Assembly (NCBI RefSeq): GCF_030013595.1
Contig: NZ_CP122770.1
Strand: one strand, 5' to 3'
Source of the DNA: Escherichia coli
Lineage (GTDB): Bacteria; Pseudomonadota; Gammaproteobacteria; Enterobacterales; Enterobacteriaceae
DNA length: 64,000 bases
The position numbers were made by a program, and so were the translations under genes. Below the pieces are notes generated by a model. The model was not told where the DNA came from, ran no database searches, and saw nothing but the letters and a program-made list of their open reading frames with translations. The stretch's first letter is position 1; each line of letters opens with the position of its first letter. Below, piece by piece: positions 38,731 to 48,816 of the stretch.

Positions 38731-40611
38731 TTAAATACCCCAGAACTTATTCGCTTTTTCCACAAGCGATTCATCAATCAGCGCACCGGTGACAGCCATC
38801 AGTAAACCATACCCGATAATGCCTAAAGCGCTTCCGGTAAGAATACTGAAGACCAGTGCAACAAGAGCCGTTGCGGCATTGCCTGCTATAATGGCTTCTG
38901 TTTTAACAAAAAGAGGACGCCAGTTCTCTGTCCGGACAGCCTTACCAAACTCAGTGATCCAGTCAGCAAGACTTGTAAATTTTCCTGCATATCCCAGTCC
39001 CCGACTGAATCTGTTCAGATTAGACGATATATCAGACAGCTTCACAGACTCAAGGGCTGCGGCAATCGCTGCACGATCTTTTGCATTAATTTTTTTGTTA
39101 ATGTCAGCCCGGTACTTTTCATACGTTTTTAATGCCTCTTCAACATTACGTATTTTCTTCCCTTTAGCCTGCCCGGCCATCTCTCTGGCTAACTGCTCAG
39201 CTTTTGCACCATATTTTTCTGAAACTGATTTCAGGAACTCTGTTGTGAAATTAATTGCGTCTTTCGTTGCCTTCAGTTCATCCTGTTTTCTTTTCTCTTC
39301 CGCTATCTTCTGATTGATGCCGGCAAGCTGGTTACGGATATTCTCTTTTTCCTTCAACAGGGCATTAAGAGCGTCATTTGCATGCTTTTGCTCATTTGTT
39401 CTGGCACTGAGGTTATTTCTCGCCGAATTTACCGCAGATTCAGCAGAGGTGATTTTATTTCTGGCATCAAGCAATCGTTGCCGTAACTTATCCCATTCAG
39501 CAACTTCAGCATTATAAATTTTCTTGTCACCTTCCACATCCTCTGTCACCACCGGATTCCGGTCATTCAGAATATTGCGTTTATAATCCAGACCGGAATG
39601 GGTCAGAAGATAATTCAGGTTTGCACGGTTATCGATGACTGCGCTGGTTGTGATTTTTATCGTACCGGCAAATCTCGGATCACCGCTCACAACAATAGAA
39701 TGATTTGTTGATGAACGCCCCGGGAATTTTTCAGGGGAAACTATCGTTTTGCCGTCAGGCGTGTTTTTCTGTTGCGTCAGCTGTTGTTCAGCTCTGGTTA
39801 ATGCATTACGGGCCGTGTTAAGCGATTCCGTCACTGAACTGAGTTTATTCCGGGCCTCTGAAATGGCCCTGTCATTCCGTGTCTGCTGCCCGAGCAGACG
39901 GGCCTGTTGTGCATCAAGAACGGCAAGGGCTGCCCCGCCATTTTTTTCCAGCTCTGACAACCGCGTGTCCAGAATACCTTTTCTGCGCTCGTATTCAGCA
40001 AGCATATCAGCGGCCTTCTTGTCTGCGTTCTGCGCATCCTTCTGCCGTTTTTCAGCCTGTTCGATTAACGACCTGGCCTCCCGGGGAGATATACGAAGAG
40101 AATCAGCATCAGCAAACAGCATCCGGCTCTCTGTATGCAGCCGGAGGGCATCATATCCGGCGATTTCAGTACGGAATCCGTATTCTCTCAGCTCTGCCTG
40201 CAGGAGTCTGAACTCCTGTCGTGTAATATCAGCGGCATCTGCGTTTCCGGCACGGAGTGTTTTCAGTGTGTTTTCATCTTTTTCCCTTGCAGCAATCGCC
40301 GCAGAGAGGCGTTTTCCGGCTTCAGTACGCTTATTCTCATTCTCTTTCTGCTGCGCGCTGAGCGTGTTTTTGTACGCTGTGATTTCCTTGTCCCTTTTTT
40401 CGATATCACTTCGGGTTGGGGAATCATCAACCCACTCGTTTCCGCCCCAGATGGTTTTGTTCCCGAAGGAACTCCATGCAGGCGGGGTACCATGAAAGAC
40501 ATCGACACGTGGAGGGTTTACATAAATATCAACGGCCATAATTTCATGGCCATCTGAATCATACCCCAGCGATTCTGCACCGGGATTTGTAATACGTACA
40601 GGGTCAGACAT
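38731..40611 (-). CDS. cia: Colicin Ia (pore-forming; Ia/Ib family)
   Basis: 626 aa from MSDPVRITNPGAESLGYDSDGHEIMAVDIY; C-terminal hydrophobic hairpin; Ia versus Ib call from immunity length and C-terminus, from recall. Confidence 0.8.
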   Translation of the reverse strand: MSDPVRITNPGAESLGYDSDGHEIMAVDIYVNPPRVDVFHGTPPAWSSFGNKTIWGGNEWVDDSPTRSDIEKRDKEITAYKNTLSAQQKENENKRTEAGKRLSAAIAAREKDENTLKTLRAGNADAADITRQEFRLLQAELREYGFRTEIAGYDALRLHTESRMLFADADSLRISPREARSLIEQAEKRQKDAQNADKKAADMLAEYERRKGILDTRLSELEKNGGAALAVLDAQQARLLGQQTRNDRAISEARNKLSSVTESLNTARNALTRAEQQLTQQKNTPDGKTIVSPEKFPGRSSTNHSIVVSGDPRFAGTIKITTSAVIDNRANLNYLLTHSGLDYKRNILNDRNPVVTEDVEGDKKIYNAEVAEWDKLRQRLLDARNKITSAESAVNSARNNLSARTNEQKHANDALNALLKEKENIRNQLAGINQKIAEEKRKQDELKATKDAINFTTEFLKSVSEKYGAKAEQLAREMAGQAKGKKIRNVEEALKTYEKYRADINKKINAKDRAAIAAALESVKLSDISSNLNRFSRGLGYAGKFTSLADWITEFGKAVRTENWRPLFVKTEAIIAGNAATALVALVFSILTGSALGIIGYGLLMAVTGALIDESLVEKANKFWGI

Positions 40612-40650
40612 TCGGTATCTCCTTCATCCTCTGAGGAAAACAAATGAATT

Positions 40651-40682
40651 AACTGCTTACGCATATGGATACATATACAGTA
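40651..40682 (-). promoter_or_regulatory. Putative overlapping LexA boxes and promoter of colicin gene
   Basis: Minus strand TACTGTATATGTATCCATATGCGTAAGCAGTT downstream of TTGACA-like hexamer; halves degenerate. Confidence 0.5.
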
Positions 40683-40889
40683 TTAATTTATTAAGGAGAA
40701 AATGGCATGTCAAGATTTGATGATAGTGATTATCATTAACATGAAGTGATGTTACACCGTTCAGAAAGCCTGCTGACGCTGTGGCAGCATCACAGTCTGG
40801 GTATTCTCTGGTGCAATACAAAAACCGGACTTTCCCGTAACAACAGACAATGTTACGGGAAAAGTTACAGAACTGAGCCACAAAATATC

Positions 40890-42305
40890 TCAGTACCTGA
40901 GATGCATAAAAACACCGTACATATGTTTCTTAAAAGGGGGATGATCGTTATCCAGCCATTTCGGTGGATCGGTATGCAGAACACCAATCTGCTTCATGCC
41001 GGTATGCTGCCTGGATTTTCTCGCGCAGTAATCACTGTCTTCATATCCCATCGTTTCGATGACCACTCTGGCCGTCTTTCCGTCAGGAGCCCTTGCTGTG
41101 ACAATGAAATCCGGCAGTACATATTTCTTTTCACCATTAACATAAACTTCTGTATCAAACAGGGGCCTTTCCAGACTTAATTCCGGCGTACCTGGCTTTC
41201 TTTTAAGCCAGCTGGCCACATTCAGAAGAGCAGTGAGCGTGTTTCGTTCCAGTTTGCTGTCCACAGGCACCGGACATGTCAGTTGATAAAGAGCATGAGC
41301 ATACCCTTCACTGCAGATGATTCTGCCATCGGCACTCCGGCAAAAAGCAAGAATAACCCAGTAAGGGGGACGTATTCCGCCCTGCGCTTCACCATTAATA
41401 CTGATCCCCCGCACAGGTCTGATGACCTGAATATTACCGTTCGCCCAGTGAATTTCCACAGCATCACGACAGATGTGCTGCGCCATAAAAATCTGAAAGA
41501 ACATATGCTTTCTTCTGGCAGGCCAGTGTCGTTCTGAATTCTCCAGCGTTTCCATTAACCGCTCCTGAGACCTTTCAGACATTCCTGGCCGGAAATGGAT
41601 AATTTCAGATAAGGCTCTTCCCCGAATATACTCCTGCTGTAGTGTAACCTGCCGTATGGCATCAAGACACTCACGATAATTAGTCCGGATACGGGGATTA
41701 GCCAGGGAATCCAGTTTATTCAGCCCTGCATCTTCAATAAGCGACAGGAGTAAACGGCCAAGGCGCGGACGTTTCTTGCGAACGGAGGAGCGCTCACCAT
41801 TATGGTAAGCAGAGCGGGCCTGCAGTCTGATAACAGAATTACTGTCATCAGGTGGTAAAAAGTTTCTGTAATTTATACGGGTGCTAACGGGATGCCGGCT
41901 TGCTCCGAAGGATGTTTCCTCTTCATTTCCGGATAACTGACGATACATGGGGCATTCAGGTGCATGCTCATGATTAAAACTGGACAGATAAAGAGTACCC
42001 GTATTGTTTTTAAGAGCAGCAAAATTCATGGCCGGCGAATCTCCCGGAATACAGTCACACTGTAACCATGCATCATACTCACGCATTTCCCGGAGAAGAG
42101 CATTGGCCAGGTTATGTTGTGCCATGGTTGCTGGCCTTTTCAGTCCACAGACCGTCTTTACTGCAGTCTCTTCCTCACTGCTAAGCTCCCGAATCACTTT
42201 GCCCCGGGGATTCTTCTTTACAAGTATCATTGGCATAATGAAAGCACTCCTTATGTACATGCTTAAACAGTAAGTAAAATATACAAAGAACCCCCCATGA
42301 AACAA
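40890..42305 (-). CDS. Large conserved hypothetical protein (possibly DUF1173-like); start likely internal (MPMILVKK)
   Basis: 471-aa ORF; C-terminal YVLPDFIVT...VVIETMGYEDSDY block. Confidence 0.5.
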   Translation of the reverse strand: MFHGGFFVYFTYCLSMYIRSAFIMPMILVKKNPRGKVIRELSSEEETAVKTVCGLKRPATMAQHNLANALLREMREYDAWLQCDCIPGDSPAMNFAALKNNTGTLYLSSFNHEHAPECPMYRQLSGNEEETSFGASRHPVSTRINYRNFLPPDDSNSVIRLQARSAYHNGERSSVRKKRPRLGRLLLSLIEDAGLNKLDSLANPRIRTNYRECLDAIRQVTLQQEYIRGRALSEIIHFRPGMSERSQERLMETLENSERHWPARRKHMFFQIFMAQHICRDAVEIHWANGNIQVIRPVRGISINGEAQGGIRPPYWVILAFCRSADGRIICSEGYAHALYQLTCPVPVDSKLERNTLTALLNVASWLKRKPGTPELSLERPLFDTEVYVNGEKKYVLPDFIVTARAPDGKTARVVIETMGYEDSDYCARKSRQHTGMKQIGVLHTDPPKWLDNDHPPFKKHMYGVFMHLRY

Positions 42306-42589
42306 AGGCAGAGATGAACTGTGCGCCCCGATATCTTCTTCTGATATCCTTTCAAATGAATTGTTTTTATTTATATCATGACAACATTAAAGTGAGAGAA
42401 TATATCAACCATGTTTCTGTCAGGGTTCAGTAGAATATCAATTCGACTGTCACGCCATAACTGTAACTACCTCGAGTATAAATATTCAGAGAATGGACTT
42501 ATTAGCCATGAAAAATCACCTGATGGGAAATTTACTAATTTATGGATTGTGATATTATTAAAGAGTAAAACCAGCCAGCCGAGGTATTT

Positions 42590-43183
42590 ATGGGAAAAAA
42601 TCAGGAAGAAAGGAAAACTCCCGTCATTGTGGTGAAAAAACGTCGTACTTTTTCGCCACCGTCCTTATCCGAAAAAACAGATATTATCGCACCTGTATTT
42701 ACTGAACAGACGGCAGAATCAGCCCCCGCCGGAATAAATTCATCTGCCGTCGAAACACATATCCCCGAAGCGCCAGCCAGGAAGAAGAAAAAGAAAAGAC
42801 ACCGTTTTCCACGTCCCTCCCACTGGACCCGTGAGTATACTCACGAGTGCGTGGAAAAAATAAAGGCCCTGTTTCCTCATCTTCGTGCTGAAGGTGGTGG
42901 ATTTATTCCCCTGAAAATTGGCATAAGCAATGATATTTCGGCATTTCTGGCAGAAAGCCCGGATACAGAACTGTCCATGGACGAATGGTTCTGTGCAGTG
43001 TCCTGCATCACCTCCCGCCGCGTATATCTGCAGCGGACCTCTGTCGCCGGCGTCCCTCGTTATGGGCTGGATGGTCATCCCGATGGGCAGGTCTCAGAAA
43101 CTGAAGCACAGAGTGCTGTTCAAAGACTGGCGATAATAGAACAACGGTGGCTCAGGATGAAGGAACGGCAGACTGAGCAATAA
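42590..43183 (+). CDS. ProQ/FinO-domain RNA-binding protein
   Basis: 197 aa; basic N-terminus, FinO-like central region; assignment from recall. Confidence 0.55.
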   Translation: MGKNQEERKTPVIVVKKRRTFSPPSLSEKTDIIAPVFTEQTAESAPAGINSSAVETHIPEAPARKKKKKRHRFPRPSHWTREYTHECVEKIKALFPHLRAEGGGFIPLKIGISNDISAFLAESPDTELSMDEWFCAVSCITSRRVYLQRTSVAGVPRYGLDGHPDGQVSETEAQSAVQRLAIIEQRWLRMKERQTEQ

Positions 43184-43464
43184 ACATTTCAGATAACATC
43201 ATGACATTGTGTATCAGAGTCTGCTTACAGACTCATGGATGCCACCAAAGGCTCATCAGATGTAAGGCAGAAGCGACGTAACTGCCTTTTGAAAGGAAAA
43301 AAGCGACCGCAAGGATGCAATGGATATCTGCCGCATACTGAAATAAAGTAACAAAAAAATCACCACAATCACGGGGGCTTCCTTCCTGTACTCAGGCCAT
43401 ACCCCCCGCACGTATAAATTTCTCAATCAACAATACAATAAAACTGTGAATAATATCATCATGA

Positions 43465-44331
43465 TTAACGCATAATTACCCGTGATTCTTTCCTGGTAAC
43501 GTAAGTACAGTTATCCGGAACCTCCTCCATAATAAAAGACATGGCTCCAATTTTTACATTACTGCCTATTTTTACGTTAAGCCCGATAATACACGTATGG
43601 GCACCGATATCGACATTATCACCAATAACGATATAATTCTCTCTGCTGTCAGATTCCTTTTCGCCAATGGTCGTATTCTGCCGTATAATCACATTCTCAC
43701 CGATTTTTACATTTCCGTGAATGACGACGCCTGAATGGTGGGGCAGCACGAGGCCTTTACCAATCTGCGCCCCCAGACCAATATCACATCCATACTTTGC
43801 CATAAGCGCATTTTTTATCTTGATCGCACATTTTCGTTGTTTTTTATTCCCCGATATATACATTTCATTAGCCAGGCGCCACCACAGAAGAAAACCTCTC
43901 TGCCTCTGCATACCGTTCCTGATAAGCCGGTGAAAAACAAACTTATCCCGCATGATAACTTCTGCTTTCCAGTATTCCAGAAGATGACGTTTTTTTCCTG
44001 AAAATAAAAACGTGCCAATATGGAAATAAGAAATCGGATTTTTTATCAACATACGCAAATTTTTAGAAAACAATGAATACAGATGTATTTTATATACACA
44101 GATAAAACCGCGCAACAGACATAAATATGACAGTAGCAATGAAAAAGCAGAGAGTGTGGGTGATACAGAAAAGTAACTGTCAGACATTAAATCTGATGCA
44201 TCGATAAACAGACGCCCCAGCAGATGCACCTGTAATGCAACGATTTTGCCGTGTCTGCTACAGAAGTAATACACAAATTTCCGGGGATTCTGCCTTAGCA
44301 TTTTGATATATTCAGATACGGTAAATCTCAC
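43465..44331 (-). CDS. Hexapeptide-repeat acyltransferase (CysE/WcaB-like) with hydrophobic N-terminal region
   Basis: C-terminal LbH repeats (GVVIHGNVKIGENVIIRQN...IGDNVDIGAH...NVKIGSNVKIGAMS); AT-rich. Confidence 0.75.
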   Translation of the reverse strand: MRFTVSEYIKMLRQNPRKFVYYFCSRHGKIVALQVHLLGRLFIDASDLMSDSYFSVSPTLSAFSLLLSYLCLLRGFICVYKIHLYSLFSKNLRMLIKNPISYFHIGTFLFSGKKRHLLEYWKAEVIMRDKFVFHRLIRNGMQRQRGFLLWWRLANEMYISGNKKQRKCAIKIKNALMAKYGCDIGLGAQIGKGLVLPHHSGVVIHGNVKIGENVIIRQNTTIGEKESDSRENYIVIGDNVDIGAHTCIIGLNVKIGSNVKIGAMSFIMEEVPDNCTYVTRKESRVIMR

Positions 44332-44351
44332 TTTAGATGGACTAAGGACTT

Positions 44352-44693
44352 ATGATATTTACAAAATTTCAATCTCTGACCCACAAGATAGATACAATGA
44401 TTATTCATGATATTAAACGGGAGATGCCATTGAAATACGGGTTATACAGGGTGGCCAAATGGTTTGCCTGGCTCGCCCACACAGGAATTTTTTGTACCTT
44501 TATTATATATATAGGGTTTTCCATCATCACTCAGCACGCCGGCCAGGAACTACCGGAGACGTTTAAACATGGATTCGCCTTGACTTTCTGTTCATTTGCA
44601 ACAGCAGCTCTGGTCAGCCAGTGGATCGGAGGCGGATTGCATAGCAAACTGGAAGAAAGAATTCGGATGAAGTGGCAGAACCACGCTCACTGA
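44352..44693 (+). CDS. Possible small membrane protein (start uncertain)
   Basis: 113-aa ORF with two hydrophobic segments; AT-rich. Confidence 0.3.
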   Translation: MIFTKFQSLTHKIDTMIIHDIKREMPLKYGLYRVAKWFAWLAHTGIFCTFIIYIGFSIITQHAGQELPETFKHGFALTFCSFATAALVSQWIGGGLHSKLEERIRMKWQNHAH

Positions 44694-44728
44694 CAGGATC
44701 ACCCGGTCAGTGCACAGAGGGCGGGTGG

Positions 44729-44800
44729 CGAAGACTCCGGTGACTGCTCCCCGCCCGCATTGGGCGAGGATTCTCGGCGGTTCTTCGCTGACTGCACCAT
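44729..44800. repeat. Third copy of hairpin motif with flanks matching both ends of the tnpB locus
   Basis: gtgactgctccccgcccgcattgggcgaggattctcggcggttcttcgctga: left part matches 13701-13717, right part matches 15007-15042. Confidence 0.6.
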
Positions 44801-44888
44801 ACCTCCCAGACAAGACTGTTCGGAATATATCGCTCTTACTGGGGGAGCAGTAAACTAAAAATGAAAAGTATTATTCCTGACTGGAATT

Positions 44889-45170
44889 TTATGGCCACTT
44901 CTGTGCGGTATGCAACACGCGCAGGACATACACTTTTCCCCACTGGCTGTCGACCTCATAAACCAGAACAAAATGGGGGTGAATAACCAGTTCCCGGGTT
45001 CCTTCCACACGACCGTTGCGACCTTTATACGGCTGCCCGGCCAGGCTGCTGGCTGAATAACCAATCCGTTCGTCCAGTTCAATGGCGGCCATCAGGTTCT
45101 GCTCCGCAATGTACTCACGAATGCGCTTCCTGTCCTGGCTGGCCAGCATGGTCCAGAATATCTCCATCAT
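44889..45170 (-). CDS. RelE/ParE-family toxin
   Basis: 93-aa ORF overlapping upstream antitoxin ORF by 4 nt. Confidence 0.7.
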   Translation of the reverse strand: MMEIFWTMLASQDRKRIREYIAEQNLMAAIELDERIGYSASSLAGQPYKGRNGRVEGTRELVIHPHFVLVYEVDSQWGKVYVLRVLHTAQKWP

Positions 45171-45436
45171 TTATCGGAAACCTTCCTGCTCATTTCATCC
45201 CGCCATGCAGCGGCAGAAGATTCGACCATGTCATGGGGAAGCACATCGCCGCGCTCGAGTTGCTGACGTCCTGCCGCAACCTGGTCACGGAACCAGGTAT
45301 TATGCTGCCGTTCAACGGTCTGGCGCATAAAATCCCGAATTAACTGAGAGCCATTACGGTCCATGCTTTTTGCAGCGGCCATAAAAGCATCCTTCAGTTC
45401 AGCGTCGATTCTTAAACTCATATTAACCTGTGCCAT
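45167..45436 (-). CDS. RelB/DinJ-family antitoxin
   Basis: 89 aa, RHH-like N-terminus (MAQVNMSLRIDAELKDAFMAAAK). Confidence 0.7.
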   Translation of the reverse strand: MAQVNMSLRIDAELKDAFMAAAKSMDRNGSQLIRDFMRQTVERQHNTWFRDQVAAGRQQLERGDVLPHDMVESSAAAWRDEMSRKVSDK

Positions 45437-45799
45437 TTATCACCTCGTCATTACTACGTATATACACAGTATATAACGATTCAGATATCGTCACCAGGAT
45501 ATGCCGCGCCAGCGGCATGGAAGGCGGCACGCTGTGGTTACATGTGATACCGGAGTAAAACCGCCGAAGCCCGGCGTCAGCCGGTACTGATTGATAGATT
45601 TCACCTTACCCATCCCCAGCCCTGCTAAGCCATACCCGCTTTCAGCCATGAGACAGTTTCTGTGCGCGGTCGGAGTGGTCCCGACGAGGGTTTACCCGAA
45701 GTCGGGGCGTATCTCCGCGTTAGCGGGCCGTGAGGGCCGCTTACGAGCGTGTACTGAGGACTTCCAGCCAGAAGACTGGCAGCGATGACAATGTAGTTA

Positions 45800-46340
45800 C
45801 AACATTCATAATTAAAAGCGATGTTGTTCCCGCCCTTCGGGCGGGGGCGGCCTCGCTTTTCAGTTATGAGGGGTGGGCACGGTGCTGCGTTTGTGTGGTG
45901 TTTTTTATTCCTGATGTTTTCGCGGTGGTTTCAGAACGGTGAGGTTCGGGGCCCGCGCGTTAGCGTGGGAGGTGCTTTTAGATTCTGAGCGGCGCGGCCT
46001 TGGCCGCTGCAAGCGAAGGCCTCTTTGTGTTTGTTCACGGTGGTTTCAGAGATAAAGACTTTCCCTGCGGCGAAGCAACGCAGGGGATTAAATAATGGGG
46101 TTAAGACTATATTGCAGGTTTGCTGTTTCAGGTTTGCAGCTTCTTAAAGTTTTTTGTTTGCGGATTTATGTGGATAACTGAAACAACGTGGCCACGTTCT
46201 GATGACTGATGCGTGGTTTTATGGGCAGATATGCCCCTCTGAGGGGATTTAAGGTGATTACTGCGGATTTTGGGCTGAGCGGAACCAGCGCCGAAAGCCC
46301 CGGAGGGGCTGGTGATGATTCAGTGCTGAGGGAATGGTGC
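45800..46340. other. Candidate replication origin region downstream of repZ
   Basis: Position as in IncI/IncB replicons; GC hairpins cccgcccttcgggcggg and cggcgcggccttggccgctg; no coding signal. Confidence 0.4.
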
Positions 46341-46343
46341 TGT

Positions 46344-47375
46344 CTAGTGCGGCGGTGGGGCAGCCAGCGTCAGTTCAAGCTGACGCAACTCCCTGATGGC
46401 CAGTCGCTTCAGATGGTCATCGGAACAAAAATAGGCTTCATCCGGCGGCAGACGCTTCCTGAGATATTCTGCCATCTCATGAATCTGCTGGTCGGCAGGC
46501 AGTTTCTTCAGGCGTCTGGCGCGCTTACTGGCTGCTGCTTTCGCACGACGGTGTTTCAGCGCATCCTGACTGCGCTGCAGATACCAGCGTTTTCTGGCCG
46601 CATGTACGGAGATATCTTCATCCTCACGCAGAACACCTTCCCGAATGAGCTGCTGGCGGATTTCACTTTCACGCAGTCGTTTCTGCTGCTGTTCGTGAAG
46701 TTTTACCATGTCGACGCCCAGCATCTGCCAGCCTGCCGGTGTTATCCAGACGTAACGAGGCAGACGCTGGCGGGTTTCACGGTCCCACAGGGTTTCATCT
46801 GAAACACCCAGCACACCAAAACGTACCTGTTCGGCCAGCAAACGGGAAAGGCGGGAGACCGTCACTTCCAGTTCCGGAATAACCTTCCCCTTGCTGTCTT
46901 TCGGGCTGATTTCTCTGGCCAGACGGGAAACACTCATGCCTACGGTATGTGTGCCCGCATCACTGAAGCTGACCAGAACCGGCCAGACGGCATCGAGGAG
47001 GCGTTGTTTTTCCGGACGGAAAGCATATTTGCGACCGGCATACGTTCGTTTCTGCACGTAAAAAGGATGCAGAGACATGTGCATGCGCAGGCTCTGCTCG
47101 CCGGTCACCGGGTCCTTTTTCACCAGACGGTTGTAGGCGTGCCCGAGCTGCCCGCTCAGCGCCTTATAGCGCTCAGGACGATACCAGGACGGATTTTCGC
47201 ATTTGGGTTTGGTGGAGTGCTCACCACGACGACGCTTCGTGCGCTTCCTTTCCGGTTCAACCAGGAAAGTGGTCGCCCTTCCCGCTTCATAGTCTTCCCA
47301 GAAACGGATCTGCTCTTCGGGTGCTAACTGACTCCAGTGTACTGCGTTATATGGAGTATTCTTCAGACCTGCCAC
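46344..47375 (-). CDS. repZ: RepZ replication initiator (IncI1/IncB RepA family)
   Basis: 343 aa from GTG at 47375 lying within end of repY; track ORF extends 15 codons upstream. Confidence 0.85.
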   Translation of the reverse strand: MAGLKNTPYNAVHWSQLAPEEQIRFWEDYEAGRATTFLVEPERKRTKRRRGEHSTKPKCENPSWYRPERYKALSGQLGHAYNRLVKKDPVTGEQSLRMHMSLHPFYVQKRTYAGRKYAFRPEKQRLLDAVWPVLVSFSDAGTHTVGMSVSRLAREISPKDSKGKVIPELEVTVSRLSRLLAEQVRFGVLGVSDETLWDRETRQRLPRYVWITPAGWQMLGVDMVKLHEQQQKRLRESEIRQQLIREGVLREDEDISVHAARKRWYLQRSQDALKHRRAKAAASKRARRLKKLPADQQIHEMAEYLRKRLPPDEAYFCSDDHLKRLAIRELRQLELTLAAPPPH

Positions 47376-47452
47376 AAGCTGTCGCTTATGGCGGAGCGAT
47401 TGTGCCGTGTATTTATACACTGCACAGGGTTGAATCTCTGGTACGGTTTCAT
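47363..47452 (-). CDS. repY: RepY leader peptide (29 codons) coupled to repZ translation
   Basis: ATG at 47452, stop at 47363 overlapping repZ start; MKPYQRFNPVQCINTRHNRSAISDSLWQV. Confidence 0.65.
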   Translation of the reverse strand: MKPYQRFNPVQCINTRHNRSAISDSLWQV

Positions 47453-47464
47453 TATACTTTACCC

Positions 47465-47536
47465 GTATTCTGTGAGGCCCCCACTATCTTTCGTCGTTCC
47501 GCCAAGTTCGTAAGAAAGATAGTGGGGGTTTTCCTT
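47465..47536 (+). ncRNA. inc: Inc antisense RNA (copy-number control), approximate
   Basis: 14-bp perfect stem (47476-47491 / 47515-47528), loop with CCGCCAA (mRNA loop UUGGCGG), T-rich tail on plus strand. Confidence 0.55.
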
Positions 47537-47815
47537 TTATGGCTTCCGGAACATCTTCAGTCTTCTGACTTACTGCCCGTACATGCCATCTCTCCTGAAT
47601 GCCTTATGGCGCATTCTGCCGTCCGGCTTTCGCCGGTTTGCTCCACAGAGTGCCACTCTCTGCACAGCTAATAACAGCCGAAATATACCCGCTTTACGTT
47701 AATTTGAAAAGCATTACAACGATCTCTTCTCTTCCAGTGCCTCCTCACTGATACCTCTAATAAGTTAATCTTGACCTACGTCAAAAAAATAAAATCTATT
47801 TTTAAAAGCAGATTT

Positions 47816-47973
47816 TTCTGCTTTAGATCTTTCTTTTGGATTAAAAGATCGACTTTTGTCCTACTCACGATCATTTATCTTACAACCGATCTACCTAACA
47901 GAATAATATTCTGTTTTAATGCAATTAAACGATCTAAATAACCTTTAAAAAATCATTTTGTAGATCATTCGAT
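47816..47973. promoter_or_regulatory. Cluster of seven GATC sites in AT-rich region between replicon and traA
   Basis: GATC at 47816, 47837, 47869, 47888, 47931, 47963, 47970. Confidence 0.5.
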
Positions 47974-48527
47974 CGTAAATAGAATAATTCTTAGATGATA
48001 AAACCATTTGTTACACAACCCGCCAATTGTGTAACAACAGCCTCTACAAGAGCATATTTGTTCATATGTTCGTCAGAACTGCGGATTGTCTGGACGAGGG
48101 TCAGACACCGTTTCGTGCATATGGACCAGCATGTTCGAACGCCACAAAGCAGAAGCATCATGCCTGGATCGCTTCGGCGCGGAGCGTTAAGTTTTGACGC
48201 TTTTTTGTATGTTTTTTAAGCTGTTAGTTGACTCGGTGCGTTATACTAAGTACCCTTTACTGGTCACAGGCAAAACTGTGATCGGGCGTAGGAACCCGCG
48301 TAGTCATCGTCGGCGCAGAAGTTAATTTCTTCATTTGGCGTCGTTTTTTGCCATACCATAAAGACAGGAACTTGTATTTCTTGTCGTCATCTATGGTAGC
48401 TCAGGCGGGGCAGGCATTAGCCTGGCCGGTTTCCGATGACGCCGGTATTCCTACCCCCGTCTGGGCTATCACCAATGAGCGTAGGAACTCGGTGATAGCG
48501 TTTTTAGTTGTCATCGGAGACCTTTGC

Positions 48528-48816
48528 TATGTCACCTCAACTGATACAGAAACTCCCGGCCATCACTCTGTTGGAAGGCATGTTTCCCGAGCTATCAACA
48601 AACCAGCTTAAAGTCTGCGTTTTTTACGCAATGGGTGTTCCTTACGACGCCATTGCTCAGAACTGTCGGCTTTCTCCCGAAACGGTACGAACCTACCTGA
48701 AGCGAAGCCTGAAGAATTTAAATCTGGAAGGATATGATGCACTTCGCTCTGCTGTGCTGATGCGAACTTTCGTTTTCATGATTAGCAATACAGCTAAAGA
48801 AAACGAAAAAATGTGA
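48528..48816 (+). CDS. traA: TraA-like LuxR/GerE-type HTH regulator
   Basis: ATG at 48528 with GGAGA RBS; C-terminal HTH (LSTNQLKVCVFYAMGVPYDAIAQNCRLSPETVRTYLKRSLKNL). Confidence 0.55.

Noticed and set aside
40657-40881. 74-aa ORF upstream of the colicin gene
   Set aside because: It overlaps the colicin promoter and SOS-box region, is AT-rich with no RBS, and is more likely regulatory DNA.
45591-45788. 65-aa ORF downstream of repZ
   Set aside because: It falls in the hairpin-rich region expected to hold the origin, with no RBS.
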